DNA of 64,000 bases, from positions 32,001-96,000 of IMG/VR virus record IMGVR_UViG_3300031555_003442. The stretch is one strand, 5' to 3'. Origin of the DNA: a virus. Its lineage: Duplodnaviria > Caudoviricetes. Positions within the stretch are counted from its first letter, which is position 1. Each line of letters opens with the position of its first letter. Position numbers and translations under genes: made by a program. Shown here piece after piece: positions 1 to 10,589 of the stretch. Below the pieces are notes generated by a model. It had not been told where the DNA came from. It did not search any database and saw only the letters and a list, made by a program, of their open reading frames with translations.

Positions 1-1449
1 CTTCTCCGTGAAGTACGGGCTCACTGTCTTATCGACCAAGTTGTGGGCGATGGATACGCACTTCTTCTGTTCGGATTTGGATATCGGCTTTTCGCCTACG
101 TTTACCTCGTTCTCCCTGTCTGGGGCCGTCCTGAACTGGATGGCTTCCTCTACCTTGCTTGTCGGCGTGTTCGCTGAACTAGACCTCTTATGGTCTCGGC
201 ATATCTTCTTTATTCCAGTCGCTTCAAGTTGCGAAAGTAGGGAATCGAACTGGGTCTTGGGGTTGTCACGGTAAATCTTACGGAACTCATATTCGGAAAA
301 GGACTTGTAGCCGAGCTTTGCGGCGATGCACTGGTCGTACAGGTCTGCCTCGAAAGCTCCCTGCCAGAACACGTCGTTTAGGCGGAGGTTCTCGTTAATC
401 TCCTTAATCTTCGCCTCGATGTCCTTCATGAGGCCTGGGCAAAGATGGCTGAAACAGACAGTCCAGCTCTTGAACGTGTTAATCATGTCGATAATCGACA
501 TTCCGTAGAACTCTCTGTTGTTCTTCCATTCAAGGGTGTAGATGAAGAAGCACTCGAAGTTGCCCACCATCTTGATGAACCCGCTTACATCGAACTTCTG
601 GGTCAACAGGTCGGCATAAGCCTTGATGAGGGCCCTGAGAGGCTTCATGAGCATCTCGAACGTCATCTCGATGGCTGCCTTGATGCTGTTGTAGAGTTTC
701 AGCAGGAAATCGTAAAGCAGGTCGTTAAGAGAACCCGAGAGGGCTCCACCGCGGCCAGCACCGATGCCGAGACTCAGCGGGAACTTTTCTTTGAGACACT
801 CGATAACGAAGTCGGGGTCTCTGGACATGTCGTTTCCGTCCGCATCCCTGTTGCAGCCCGTCACGCATGCGATTGCACGGCAGAAGCACGGGCAGTCAAC
901 CATGATTTGGTACAACTCTTCCCACTTGAAGTCGAGGGTGACGCTTACACCATCACCGACTTCCAGACTTGCTGACAGCACGTCCGTAATGCACTTGAAT
1001 ACGGCGGCATTGAATCTAAGCAATGCTTCTTCCAGACGGAGACGGGCGGCATCAATCTTTGCGAACAGGACGAACGCCGCCTTCGTTGCGATGTCGATTG
1101 TCGCCTGAATCCATGCAATCCACGTACCTATCGTCTGACAGAGGCTCTTGCTCAACGTGAGCGCCCCGTCAATACTGACAGGGAAGTTGAAACTGTTGTA
1201 TGCGGTGAAACTCTTGTTCAGGTTGGACAACATGCCCACTGCGGCATAGGCATTTATGCCCATGGTATCCCTGCACCAGTCAAAGACCACCTTCGTACAG
1301 TTGGTGGCTTCCAGCTTGCTCGTGACATCGTTAATCGAATTGGCGGTCTTTTCGACAGCTTCGGTAAAGCTGCTCAGGATTGTCGAATCCGATTGTGTCG
1401 CCGAGGTTTCCTGTCTGGGCGAAATTACTTCTGTAATACACTTTGCCAT
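1..1449 (-). CDS. Cys-rich hypothetical protein, >483 aa, runs off the left edge (not in ORF track); probably late/structural
   Basis: ATG at 1449 (MAKCITEVISPRQETS...), no stop seen in the stretches I read down to base 1; TATAAACTAT on the minus strand at 1476-1485. Confidence 0.75.
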   Translation of the reverse strand, partial: MAKCITEVISPRQETSATQSDSTILSSFTEAVEKTANSINDVTSKLEATNCTKVVFDWCRDTMGINAYAAVGMLSNLNKSFTAYNSFNFPVSIDGALTLSKSLCQTIGTWIAWIQATIDIATKAAFVLFAKIDAARLRLEEALLRFNAAVFKCITDVLSASLEVGDGVSVTLDFKWEELYQIMVDCPCFCRAIACVTGCNRDADGNDMSRDPDFVIECLKEKFPLSLGIGAGRGGALSGSLNDLLYDFLLKLYNSIKAAIEMTFEMLMKPLRALIKAYADLLTQKFDVSGFIKMVGNFECFFIYTLEWKNNREFYGMSIIDMINTFKSWTVCFSHLCPGLMKDIEAKIKEINENLRLNDVFWQGAFEADLYDQCIAAKLGYKSFSEYEFRKIYRDNPKTQFDSLLSQLEATGIKKICRDHKRSSSANTPTSKVEEAIQFRTAPDRENEVNVGEKPISKSEQKKCVSIAHNLVDKTVSPYFTEK

Positions 1450-1475
1450 TTGTTGGTATGCCGCATGTTTCGATA

Positions 1476-1485
1476 ATAGTTTATA
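1476..1485 (-). promoter_or_regulatory. putative late promoter TATAAACTAT
   Basis: Recurrent motif; 27 nt upstream of the ATG at 1449. Confidence 0.6.
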
Positions 1486-1509
1486 ATTGGTCGAAAATCG
1501 TGGCGGCAT

Positions 1510-1519
1510 TATAAACTAT
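1510..1519 (+). promoter_or_regulatory. putative late promoter TATAAACTAT
   Basis: Recurrent motif upstream of the baseplate operon; divergent from the copy at 1476. Confidence 0.6.
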
Positions 1520-1540
1520 CATTGAATCGACAGGTGCATT

Positions 1541-3241
1541 ATGGCCTCTACAACGCAAAATACAACGACTGCAACGTCTAATCAGGCTGGAAATACGGCT
1601 CAGACCAACGAAAGCGTCAAGTCTATCGCTGACGCCCTCGCCGCATTGCCTAAAGAACAGACGATGAAGGACTTTCTTGAACAGCAGTCGGCAAATGCAA
1701 AGAACATGAATGACAAGCTGGTTGAACAGTTCGGTAGCGCTATCGACAATAGCGATATTGCAGAGTCCCTTAACGAGGTCAGGGATGCCTTCCGAAAGAA
1801 AGAAGAGAATCAAGAGCAAAAGGCCGAATCTGAGAAACAGGCGGAGCATTTCGCAAAAATTCAGAATGACTTGGACCGTATTCTGGAAATCCAGGGTGAA
1901 GCCCTTAAAGCTGACGTGAAACGGGATGAGGCCATGTTCAACGATATGGCCCTGAAAGAGGTCGAAGAGAAGGACGACGAAAAAGTGGACGAAAACACCG
2001 ACGTCGTCAAGGAAGATGTAAAGCCCGTCGAAGTCAAGGTAGATGTCCAACTTCCTGAGACGGATACGGAACCTGACAAGGTCGAGCGTGAAGCCGATGC
2101 CCCGAGCAAGGAGGAAACCTTGCTTAACGACATCGTGTCCGCACAGACGGAACAGAACTCTTTGCTTTCCGACATTGGTCAGAAACTTGGCGATGTCAAC
2201 CTTGACGAGCCGTCCTCTGAAGACAAGCCCGATGAGCCGAGTCCAGAGGAAACCCTGCTTAAAGACATTGTTTCTGCCCAGACGGAACAGAATGTGCTGT
2301 TGAACGACATTGGTCAGAAGCTGACCGATACCGAGGAAAATGAGGCCAATGTGGATACCGCTCCCGATGAACCTAGCAAGGAGGAAACCTTGCTTGGGGA
2401 TATTGCGGCGGCCCAGGCAGAACAGAACTCATTGCTTAACGATATTGGCCAGAAATTGACCGAGCCAGATGAGGTCGATGTACCTCAACCCGATGTTGAA
2501 CCCAACGATGTTCCGTCCGTAACCGAAACTGCGGTCGCCGAAGTAAACGAGAACTTGGGTAAAATCAACGACAGCATCGACAACATGCTGGACGAGCTGG
2601 GTGAGTCGTTAGCAAATACGGATGTCAACGAACCGCAGCCAACCAATGTACACGTTGACGTGGCGATGCCTGAAAACCAATCTGTCGAACTTGCCGAGGA
2701 TAGCTTGAACAGTATCCGTGAGCTTGTCGATACGGCCAAGCAAAACGAAATGGAATTGATTGAATCAATGAAGAAGCAGGATGCCGTCAATAATGAAGAC
2801 ACCGAGCCTTCACTGTCAGATTCCATAACAGAGCTGGCAAACGATATTTCGGGTGCGACCGATGCCATGAACAACCAGGATGAAACCCCGTTGGAATCTC
2901 ACGAAGAACAGGTCGCTCCTGAGGACAGTAAACGTCTCGACCAGGCAGCTGCCGATAAGAATGTTCAGTTCGACGAGGAAACGAATCGAGCGACTTCCCT
3001 TGAAGAAGAGCCTCAGGTATTGGACGCTCGAATGGATATGGAGGCCAGGGCTGAACGGGATATCACTCCTGCATTGAATGAAATACAGATGTTCAATAGG
3101 ATGTCGTTGACAAAAGAAGAAATTCAGGTACTTGCTGCGGAAATAGGCAAGTCCGTTGCAGAGAACATGCGTGACACTGATGCCGATAAGAAACGTGATG
3201 CGGCTTACCTGGACGAAGTTGAAAGAATTGTTAGGGGTTAG
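1541..3241 (+). CDS. acidic repeat-containing protein, first gene of the baseplate operon
   Basis: 566-aa D/E-rich ORF with three 45-aa repeats. Confidence 0.7.
   Translation: MASTTQNTTTATSNQAGNTAQTNESVKSIADALAALPKEQTMKDFLEQQSANAKNMNDKLVEQFGSAIDNSDIAESLNEVRDAFRKKEENQEQKAESEKQAEHFAKIQNDLDRILEIQGEALKADVKRDEAMFNDMALKEVEEKDDEKVDENTDVVKEDVKPVEVKVDVQLPETDTEPDKVEREADAPSKEETLLNDIVSAQTEQNSLLSDIGQKLGDVNLDEPSSEDKPDEPSPEETLLKDIVSAQTEQNVLLNDIGQKLTDTEENEANVDTAPDEPSKEETLLGDIAAAQAEQNSLLNDIGQKLTEPDEVDVPQPDVEPNDVPSVTETAVAEVNENLGKINDSIDNMLDELGESLANTDVNEPQPTNVHVDVAMPENQSVELAEDSLNSIRELVDTAKQNEMELIESMKKQDAVNNEDTEPSLSDSITELANDISGATDAMNNQDETPLESHEEQVAPEDSKRLDQAAADKNVQFDEETNRATSLEEEPQVLDARMDMEARAERDITPALNEIQMFNRMSLTKEEIQVLAAEIGKSVAENMRDTDADKKRDAAYLDEVERIVRG
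2096..2460 (+). repeat. three intragenic tandem repeats, 135-nt period
   Basis: Units start at about 2096, 2231 and 2366, encoding PS(K/P)EETLLxDIxxAQxEQNxLLxDIGQKL. Confidence 0.85.
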
Positions 3242-3244
3242 TTT

Positions 3245-4699
3245 ATGTCAGAGAAGGGAATATTTGGAAAGAGAACCCGTTACACCGTAAAGGAATCTTA
3301 CTCTAAGGATGCGAAAGGTGCAATCCGAAATTCAGTCAATGAACTGAATCCTAACGTGGTGAGAATTGAGCCTCTCGGTCCGTCCGCCCGTCAGGCGTTC
3401 CTTGGCCCTGTTCATGCCGCAGCCGATGCATTGAAGCTTAGGATTGCGTATGCGATGAACCCCGATGCCTTTAAGCCGTTTTATGGCATATTGACTCCAG
3501 GTGATTTGAGGGGATTGCGTCTCCAATTTTCAAGCCATTGGAATCAAGAAACTGGAAAAAGTTCATTTGACCGTGCCGTTCAGATATTGAAATCCCCTGC
3601 GGTAGCCATGCCTCTTGGAGCCAGCGCAGGAGAAGCTCTCGGTAATGCCCTCGGTGGATATGACGCTACGGGCTTCGGCTTGGGTGCTGCTGGTGGTGCT
3701 CTTGCATCGTTGATTATGAGTGGCCCTGAGGATAACAAGAACGCAGGCAACGGTCTTACGGACAAAATCACATCCTTCCTTGGCGGCATGAGCAATAGGC
3801 TTGACTCCAGCACTGAACTGTATGGAATGGTTTCTTCCACTACGGGTGCATCTACATTGAAGACGTTTTCTGGTTCTTCGATGGAAATTCCTGCCACGCT
3901 TACCTTCACTTGGTATATGCCAGAGCAGGAGGACTTGTTCCGTCTTTCTATCCACAGGCTTTTGCAACTTGCGTATGTAAGGAACGCTTACACGGACAAG
4001 ACGGATTTTTATGATAACCTGAAAGCGGCGACGAATGCAGGTATGCAGCAGTCGTTCATCAATGCGAAGAACATAAAGGATTCGCTTAAAGGTGTTGGTC
4101 AGGCGTGGATAGATGCTGGAAGTGCCGTTGTTAGTTCAGGCGAGGAACTTCTTGGAGATGTTCCTGGAATCAGAGCGCTTACCGAGAACAAAAATGGACG
4201 AGCAAACGATGCCGTCGTTGATGCCGCAGGAAGTGGTGTGGCCGTAGGAAACTCTATTGGAAACATTATCACTCAGGGCATGGATGCAATCGGTAACACG
4301 ATTGACGAAAATGCCAAAGACATTAGCGACGACGGAAAGTTTTCCGATGGCAACAAGCAAAAACTTGTCGATGACATGAATACAATTATCACCAAGGTGT
4401 TGCAGGCGTATATCGAGGGAAGCAAGTTCATCGGAGGAAACTTCGTGCTTGTTCCAAACCCTGTCCGCCTTACGATAGGAAATATCCTTGATGTCGAACC
4501 CATGGTTATCGAAAACGTCACCATCACTCCGTCGGAAGAACTGTTTATCAACAGCATTGGTGCAAGCATTCCCGTGACAATGCAGGTGAATGTCACGCTG
4601 AAACCGTGGATGACGCCTGGCCCGAACCATGACTTCATACACTTGATTGGCGACAATTTGTTCTATCCTATTCCCGAGAAGAATTCTGAGAAGAAATAA
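3245..4699 (+). CDS. baseplate/tail-tube junction protein (gp48-like)
   Basis: C-terminal tube-initiator-like pattern PNPVRLTIGNILDVEPMVIENVTIT...PVTMQVNVTL; next to the gp53-like gene. Confidence 0.5.
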   Translation: MSEKGIFGKRTRYTVKESYSKDAKGAIRNSVNELNPNVVRIEPLGPSARQAFLGPVHAAADALKLRIAYAMNPDAFKPFYGILTPGDLRGLRLQFSSHWNQETGKSSFDRAVQILKSPAVAMPLGASAGEALGNALGGYDATGFGLGAAGGALASLIMSGPEDNKNAGNGLTDKITSFLGGMSNRLDSSTELYGMVSSTTGASTLKTFSGSSMEIPATLTFTWYMPEQEDLFRLSIHRLLQLAYVRNAYTDKTDFYDNLKAATNAGMQQSFINAKNIKDSLKGVGQAWIDAGSAVVSSGEELLGDVPGIRALTENKNGRANDAVVDAAGSGVAVGNSIGNIITQGMDAIGNTIDENAKDISDDGKFSDGNKQKLVDDMNTIITKVLQAYIEGSKFIGGNFVLVPNPVRLTIGNILDVEPMVIENVTITPSEELFINSIGASIPVTMQVNVTLKPWMTPGPNHDFIHLIGDNLFYPIPEKNSEKK

Positions 4700-5142
4700 T
4701 GGAGGTCGATATGGCTGATGAATCAAATTACCCTAGATTCAGAGATGACGAGCTTTCCATGCTGACCTTGGACACGGTTCAAGGTTATGAACAGGGACGC
4801 CCTGATATCATCGCCCGTCGTTCTATGGGAAGCAGCAGAATGTGCAAGGTGCTGTGTGCAGCGAACCATATCCGAAACCCGCTTCCTTGCCGTGACTCAG
4901 TCCGCATATTCGAGGAAAGTGTGTACAACGAGTTGTACATGAAGGGGTATCGTGGTGAGCAACTGGAAACCGAGTACAAGAAGATGCTCGATGAACTTGA
5001 AATAACCCCAGAGTACTGGCTACATTACAACAACCTGTTTAACGGGGTGGTCAGCGAGGTTACCGTAGGCGGAACGCTCGTTATCCCGCAGCTAAACGCT
5101 TCATTGGAATGGCTGAAGAAATACGATACAAATATCAGATAG
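4699..5142 (+). CDS. baseplate wedge protein (gp53-like, LysM-related)
   Basis: GRPDIIARRSMG...LCAANHIRNP matches the RPD..a...G....l...N.i.nP pattern. Confidence 0.6.
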   Translation: MEVDMADESNYPRFRDDELSMLTLDTVQGYEQGRPDIIARRSMGSSRMCKVLCAANHIRNPLPCRDSVRIFEESVYNELYMKGYRGEQLETEYKKMLDELEITPEYWLHYNNLFNGVVSEVTVGGTLVIPQLNASLEWLKKYDTNIR

Positions 5143-5152
5143 GTAGGCATTT

Positions 5153-6460
5153 ATGCTTGGCATAGAAAACATTGACAACGCTTCGGTTGAAATCTACCTC
5201 ATGGGAAGGGTATATCCAAATTCCCTAGTGACTAAGTTTGTCCTTAACATACCGTTGAACGCCGTCCCTTATGGAATAGCTACTGTACAAAACGTCGAAG
5301 ACTCGGACGCCATCATCCATACGGGTGAATACGGTGTCATGAAATTTGACAATACTGGCAGTGAGGCGATGGACGGTACCGCTTTGACCTTCGTCGTCAC
5401 CGACACATCCATCGAGATAGTTCCTGGTACGAACAACAGTTTCCAGCATATTTCCTTCCGTCTAGGCGCTTTCGAGACCATGGACACGAGGACGTTCCAG
5501 AAATACGGAACATCGACCGAGACCATGCAGCAGGTGTTCAAGCACCGTCAGATTGATGAACCTGTCATTGTCATCCCGCCGAAGACTACGGGCGACATGA
5601 TGAACTGGATTGTCGTAAAGTCTGATATGGAGGCAACACTGAACGATATCGTTGAGCATTCGTTCCTTGAAGGAGACTATGTCTATTACACGTTCTCGAC
5701 GGAGAAATGCAACTACATCGTATCCAGCATCACCCGTTCTAAGGAGTATTATAAACCCCAGTTGTTAATGTACCACGTAGACGCAAAGCGAGGAGGCAAT
5801 GCGTCGATGTTTACGGATTCCGATTCTGGGTATGTCACCTGGTTCTATACAACGGATAATAGGTGGAGCGATGCAGGCAAGCATAAGCAAGACCTGTTCC
5901 CGCATATCACTTACATGACCCTTACCGACAACAAGCCTGATGTTGGCTTGTGCGACAACCCGTGTTTCGAAAAGCTCCTGAAGGGTGCTGGCTATACTAA
6001 CCAGGCGGAAATCGACAACTCGTTCGGCCCAGCTGGATATAGTTTCGGAAAGCCGTACATGATTAGGGACTGTACGGTGAACACCCACAACATGTATCAG
6101 GTATCTCCTATCATCCGTCGCCGCTATATGGCTAGCCTTGGCAAGAAAATGAACATAACATTGACAAACGTGATTGGTCCCGATGTCGGGTCGTCGGTAT
6201 ACGTGTATGTCAAGTCCAAGGAATTGAGGGACGACTTCTTCGCCCCTGACCCGATATACTGCGACGAATATATCGTTCTGGCCAAGCAGATAATTAAAAA
6301 CGATGGCGGCGGTAATGTCAGAAGCAGTTCAGAAGACACGATAATCACCATGCTTACTCTCGGTTCTCCGAACCTTCTTTACGGGCATCCGAAGGAAATC
6401 GAGGAAGAAATGGCGAAAATCAAGTTCCCTGAATACAATGATGCGGCTAAAAAAGTGTAA
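5153..6460 (+). CDS. putative baseplate hub protein
   Basis: 435 aa, follows the gp53-like gene; assigned by context and size. Confidence 0.4.
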   Translation: MLGIENIDNASVEIYLMGRVYPNSLVTKFVLNIPLNAVPYGIATVQNVEDSDAIIHTGEYGVMKFDNTGSEAMDGTALTFVVTDTSIEIVPGTNNSFQHISFRLGAFETMDTRTFQKYGTSTETMQQVFKHRQIDEPVIVIPPKTTGDMMNWIVVKSDMEATLNDIVEHSFLEGDYVYYTFSTEKCNYIVSSITRSKEYYKPQLLMYHVDAKRGGNASMFTDSDSGYVTWFYTTDNRWSDAGKHKQDLFPHITYMTLTDNKPDVGLCDNPCFEKLLKGAGYTNQAEIDNSFGPAGYSFGKPYMIRDCTVNTHNMYQVSPIIRRRYMASLGKKMNITLTNVIGPDVGSSVYVYVKSKELRDDFFAPDPIYCDEYIVLAKQIIKNDGGGNVRSSSEDTIITMLTLGSPNLLYGHPKEIEEEMAKIKFPEYNDAAKKV

Positions 6461-6500
6461 AAAATGTATTTTATCCATTGTAAAGTAGCTGTATGCACCT

Positions 6501-6953
6501 ATGGGTAAGCTTTGTTGTGATGGAAAATTCGATGTTGGGCTCTATAAGCCGTTGTCCCAGCAACTGGTAGATTTTGGCAATGAGTGCTTTTCCAAATTTG
6601 TCGACCGAAACACTTTGATGTGGCTGTTCATCTTCTACGATGGTGATAACGATTGCCCTCGCTGCAGGTCTTCCCTCGCCGACATTCACGACTGGTTCTA
6701 CAAGAAGGGTCTGCTGGACAGCTCCAACTACATGGTCAAGATAGTGGTCGAACCAGAACCCGAGAAATGCAAGATATACACGAACCTGGGTCTAACCCTT
6801 AAACCGATGCACATATTCTGCGAACCCGACGGCAAGATTTTCGACATATACACTGGTCTTCCAGACGCTAAGTGGTTGGATAAGCATATTTACCCGTACA
6901 TACAGAAAAATATCGGCATGAAGAAGGTATTGTCTGCGATGAAGGAGCAATGA
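6501..6953 (+). CDS. thioredoxin-fold protein
   Basis: FIFYDGDNDCPRC CxxC motif followed by a KPMHIF cis-Pro-like segment. Confidence 0.6.
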   Translation: MGKLCCDGKFDVGLYKPLSQQLVDFGNECFSKFVDRNTLMWLFIFYDGDNDCPRCRSSLADIHDWFYKKGLLDSSNYMVKIVVEPEPEKCKIYTNLGLTLKPMHIFCEPDGKIFDIYTGLPDAKWLDKHIYPYIQKNIGMKKVLSAMKEQ

Positions 6954-8008
6954 TGACGGACATTAACGAACATAGCATAAAAAGGATAGTGGTCGGTTAT
7001 ACGCTCGACTCTGTTATCGAGGCTCACAACCAGGCCCAGAACGTAGAAAACAACGTGGTGTTTTACAGCACGGGAACCTTGGGTGAACCGCTGGACAAGT
7101 ACAATGATTTCATCTCGTATGACGATGCCAAGCGTCTCAGTGTCATTCTCCCAGACCTTGAATTTGACGAGTTTCCTGGATGTGACTTCCTGTATATCCC
7201 GTACGAGAAACTGAAATTCAAGAACAGCCACAACGGGTTAATAACGCTTCCGTTCAACAAGCTCAGCTTCGACGATGTCGAGGAATGGAAGGCTGTTCGA
7301 GACGGATACCTCGATGAGCATGTGCAGGCGATATTCAAGGACATGTCCAACTCGCCGACCCGACTGATAACCATGTTCAAGCAGTATCTCCCGAAATGGT
7401 TCGTCGACGGCATCATCAGGAATGTCAGTGCCACTAGGTGGGCGGGCATCCCGACTAGCAACATTACCCTAAACGGATATCTTTACGAGTTCAACCTGAA
7501 CCAGATTGATTCGGATGGCATCAACATGTGGTATAAGCCGAGAATCAGCTACAACGAGATATGCAAGCGGATATTGAAGAAGGACAAGATTCCCGTGTTC
7601 ACGGCGACCAAGGAAGACTGCACGAGGTTCCTGACAGACCGTTCTATCGAGTACGTGACCTTTATGGACAACCGTGTCGACCATTACCTAGGCTACCGTA
7701 GCGGCATCTTCGACCGCTGTGTGATGACTGCCGTGCCATGCGAGTTGCCGTCGATATTTGCCAACGATTTTGATAACGGAATTATCCGTACCCCGACTAT
7801 GGCACACTGGGGTATTTGCAAGTATGGGAACGATGTTCGTAAGCTCTATTCAAAGAAGTTGATGTCCATCCTTGACGTTCCTACTTCCGATATTCCGATG
7901 ACGAAGAACAACCTCCGAATGTACGATGCGTACTCGAAGCTTCTTCCTCTGTTCGGAAACTTTAAGACATTGAATCTTCAGCAGAAGATAACTACCCTTA
8001 TAAAGTAG
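6950..8008 (+). CDS. divergent UDP-galactopyranose mutase (Glf)-like protein
   Basis: Colinear Glf-like segments TLPFNKLSF, PRISYNEICKRIL, VDHYLGYRSG, NLRMYDAYSKL; canonical GxGxxG is missing. Confidence 0.45.
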   Translation: MMTDINEHSIKRIVVGYTLDSVIEAHNQAQNVENNVVFYSTGTLGEPLDKYNDFISYDDAKRLSVILPDLEFDEFPGCDFLYIPYEKLKFKNSHNGLITLPFNKLSFDDVEEWKAVRDGYLDEHVQAIFKDMSNSPTRLITMFKQYLPKWFVDGIIRNVSATRWAGIPTSNITLNGYLYEFNLNQIDSDGINMWYKPRISYNEICKRILKKDKIPVFTATKEDCTRFLTDRSIEYVTFMDNRVDHYLGYRSGIFDRCVMTAVPCELPSIFANDFDNGIIRTPTMAHWGICKYGNDVRKLYSKKLMSILDVPTSDIPMTKNNLRMYDAYSKLLPLFGNFKTLNLQQKITTLIK

Positions 8009-8009
8009 C

Positions 8010-9050
8010 TCATCTGTCATTTGATGAAGGTGGAGCTGGAACGAAGCCCTTACGCTGGGCATACCTCTCGTTAAATTCCTGCTCGTCTTTTGCACTGAGA
8101 GCCTCGTAGCTGAGGCGAGTGCCATTCATATTCTTCTTCGACCTTTCCCAGAACGCCAGGTTGTAGTCCAATGTGGTTTCGCTTGAACCTGTTAGGGCCC
8201 TATCTGTCGTAGTGTTGTCACGAAGACCACGGTCGCTCCTCTTGAATGCGCCGTTGAGTGTATTTGGTACATAGAACTCGACATCGAACGTAGCAAGGTC
8301 CATGTTGCTGTTGTTGGGATTTATTGTCGGTGCAGCAGTAAGCACGACAGAATTGTATTCGCTCATCTGAATTACATCAAGGTTAGTCCTTGTTCCAGGG
8401 GCATAGGTAAGCCATGGGGCGACCATATTCAATGCCGCCTTGTTCTTGTCGACGTCCCAGTCGTTAGCCGTTGCGGCATTCAGTAATTCCACCGAGATGT
8501 CGATTTTATGGAACCCAGACTTCGGGCGCAGGAGAAGCGGGGAAATCTGCGAGTTGAACATTGCATTGAAGAAATTGAACCACATTAGGTACTGGCTCTC
8601 CACGACTGTCAGGCTCAGTGTACCTGACCTTACTTTCTTCGGCATGTTGAACGTCAGGTCCTTCATTGAATCCATAGAGTCGATGCTTGCCAAATCAAGT
8701 GTGGGCTTTGGGAGTGTCACTGACTTGCAGTTCCACAACATATTGAGGATACGCTTTTCGTTGTCCCAATGGTCGGCGATGAAGTTGCTGAACTTTTTCA
8801 TCAAGTACGCCGAACCGTTGAAAAGTTTCGGTGCGTGCGTGTACTTGTCCCCAGCACAGTTAATCTGCATTATGGTCAACGCCTTCTCCACATACTCGCC
8901 ACTGAAACCGATATGGAATTTGTTAGGAACAAATCCTTCCGCATGACTGTAATACTTCTGAAGGTAGCTGTCTGACGACAGCTCCGTATCATGCATCACG
9001 GGAGTGACTTCGGTGACTCTGTTATATGGAGTAGACGGATTGCTGGCCAT
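8010..9050 (-). CDS. tail-tube-fold protein (gp54/gp19-like)
   Basis: PNKFHIGF...CKSVTLPKPTL...GTLSLTVVES pattern. Confidence 0.4.
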   Translation of the reverse strand: MASNPSTPYNRVTEVTPVMHDTELSSDSYLQKYYSHAEGFVPNKFHIGFSGEYVEKALTIMQINCAGDKYTHAPKLFNGSAYLMKKFSNFIADHWDNEKRILNMLWNCKSVTLPKPTLDLASIDSMDSMKDLTFNMPKKVRSGTLSLTVVESQYLMWFNFFNAMFNSQISPLLLRPKSGFHKIDISVELLNAATANDWDVDKNKAALNMVAPWLTYAPGTRTNLDVIQMSEYNSVVLTAAPTINPNNSNMDLATFDVEFYVPNTLNGAFKRSDRGLRDNTTTDRALTGSSETTLDYNLAFWERSKKNMNGTRLSYEALSAKDEQEFNERYAQRKGFVPAPPSSNDR

Positions 9051-9058
9051 AGATGCTC

Positions 9059-9784
9059 CTAGTATGAGTTACTGGTCTCTCCACCAGTAACCACACAGAT
9101 TGCGGACATAAGCGAGTTGGGGTCGGGGAGGCGGATAATCCTCTTTATCTGGTAATTGAACGACATGCTGAACTTCAACGCAGCGGCACTACCTGGTGTA
9201 ACCGTCAAAGCACTGATGCTCGTCGGGAAACAGCGGTAGTAACGGACAATCATGTGATGTTGAGCCCTGTCATCACCGAAGTGGAAATCGATGTGAGGGA
9301 TATACATCAGCCTGTTCCTGTACCTGTGGTCGTACCCGTAGACCCTGTGGTTGTGGTCTAGGATTGGGAATGCGTCCGTCTGACCGCTCTGGATGGTTTC
9401 CATGTAGCGGTGAAGTGCCCAGTAGTTCTCGTAGTAGTCGTCACAATACATGCTTATCGAGATAGAGTCATTGTATTCGTTGTCCTCCGTTGTCGGAACG
9501 TAAACCGTGAACTTGTAATGGCTTTCCTTGGCGTAGTTCAGACTAAGACCAGGGGCCGTGAAGTTGTCGATGTTAGCGTTGACCGTCTCGGGAGGAGGCG
9601 CTGTGTGCGCCTTCGTGACGTCATCTACGTGGTGTTTCCCGTCATAGTCGGGGTCGTAAGATACGGGAAGGTCGCCTATACGGCACCTTATGAAACCCTG
9701 ATGCACGGGCACAGGATTTCGCACAAGGTTACGATGCAACTCCCTGACAGTTCGGGGAGTGTATATAGGCATTTTTTCCGTCAT
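9059..9784 (-). CDS. tail completion/tube terminator (gp3-like)
   Basis: APGLSL...DDYYENYWALHRYM...CFPTSISAL...FSMSFNY pattern. Confidence 0.55.
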   Translation of the reverse strand: MTEKMPIYTPRTVRELHRNLVRNPVPVHQGFIRCRIGDLPVSYDPDYDGKHHVDDVTKAHTAPPPETVNANIDNFTAPGLSLNYAKESHYKFTVYVPTTEDNEYNDSISISMYCDDYYENYWALHRYMETIQSGQTDAFPILDHNHRVYGYDHRYRNRLMYIPHIDFHFGDDRAQHHMIVRYYRCFPTSISALTVTPGSAAALKFSMSFNYQIKRIIRLPDPNSLMSAICVVTGGETSNSY

Positions 9785-9787
9785 ATC

Positions 9788-10549
9788 TTACTTCTTCACC
9801 TTTACGGAACCGACGAGGTTAGCGTTCGAAGTCTTCGGAGGTTCCTTCTTGTATTCGGGCTTTCCGAGTTCAACGAGCTTTTCCGTCTTCTTTCCGTCCA
9901 TGTCCTTCTGGGCATACTTTGCGAATGCCTTCGGGTTCGGGTTCTTCATCGGCTTGTCGCTTGTCACGACACCGAAGTCGTCACGTCCGCCGACCTTGAG
10001 AGTCGGGTTCTTTTGCGGCTTGACGATACCGACGTTGTTCGGGAGGTTCTTTGACCTGATTGCGGAGATGAGCGTCTTCATGTCGCTTATGGAGATTGCT
10101 TCACCAGCCTTGATTGGCTTGATGGTGCCAATGAGAGACTTACCCTTGACGGTCGGACCACCCTTAACGGTGTAGGTCGTGTCGACGGTTGCATTGACTG
10201 GCTTGAACTTCGGAGTGCCAGAAGTTGCTTCGAGCTGTGCTGCTGTCTTCTTGACTTCGGGTTCCTTCTGAGCTTCGCTCGTCGTTTCCTTGTGACCCTT
10301 GATGCGTTCGTCCTTCCATTCCTTGATGGTCTTGAGAGGCTTGACACAGCCGACCTTGTCGTTCGGCATTACCAAACCCTTCTTGGGCGGCTTACGCATG
10401 GAATTGGTATCAGCGGTCGAAACGGAAGCTGCGTTCCAGAACGGGAACACTTCATTCGCATCGAGCGTTTTAACGGGCTTCTTAGTCTCCAAGTGAGCCT
10501 TCACCTGGCCAAGAAGTTCTTTCTCTGTCGGAATATCATACATATCCAT
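9788..10549 (-). CDS. Lys/Pro-rich hypothetical late protein
   Basis: 253-aa basic ORF downstream of the late motif at 10590-10599. Confidence 0.7.
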   Translation of the reverse strand: MDMYDIPTEKELLGQVKAHLETKKPVKTLDANEVFPFWNAASVSTADTNSMRKPPKKGLVMPNDKVGCVKPLKTIKEWKDERIKGHKETTSEAQKEPEVKKTAAQLEATSGTPKFKPVNATVDTTYTVKGGPTVKGKSLIGTIKPIKAGEAISISDMKTLISAIRSKNLPNNVGIVKPQKNPTLKVGGRDDFGVVTSDKPMKNPNPKAFAKYAQKDMDGKKTEKLVELGKPEYKKEPPKTSNANLVGSVKVKK

Positions 10550-10589
10550 AATTACATCCTATATGGCAATAGCCAACATTGTTATGCAA

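Noticed and set aside
2096-2460. CRISPR array or DGR template/variable repeat
   Set aside because: Repeats are in-frame coding units with mostly synonymous differences; no spacers, cas genes or reverse transcriptase seen
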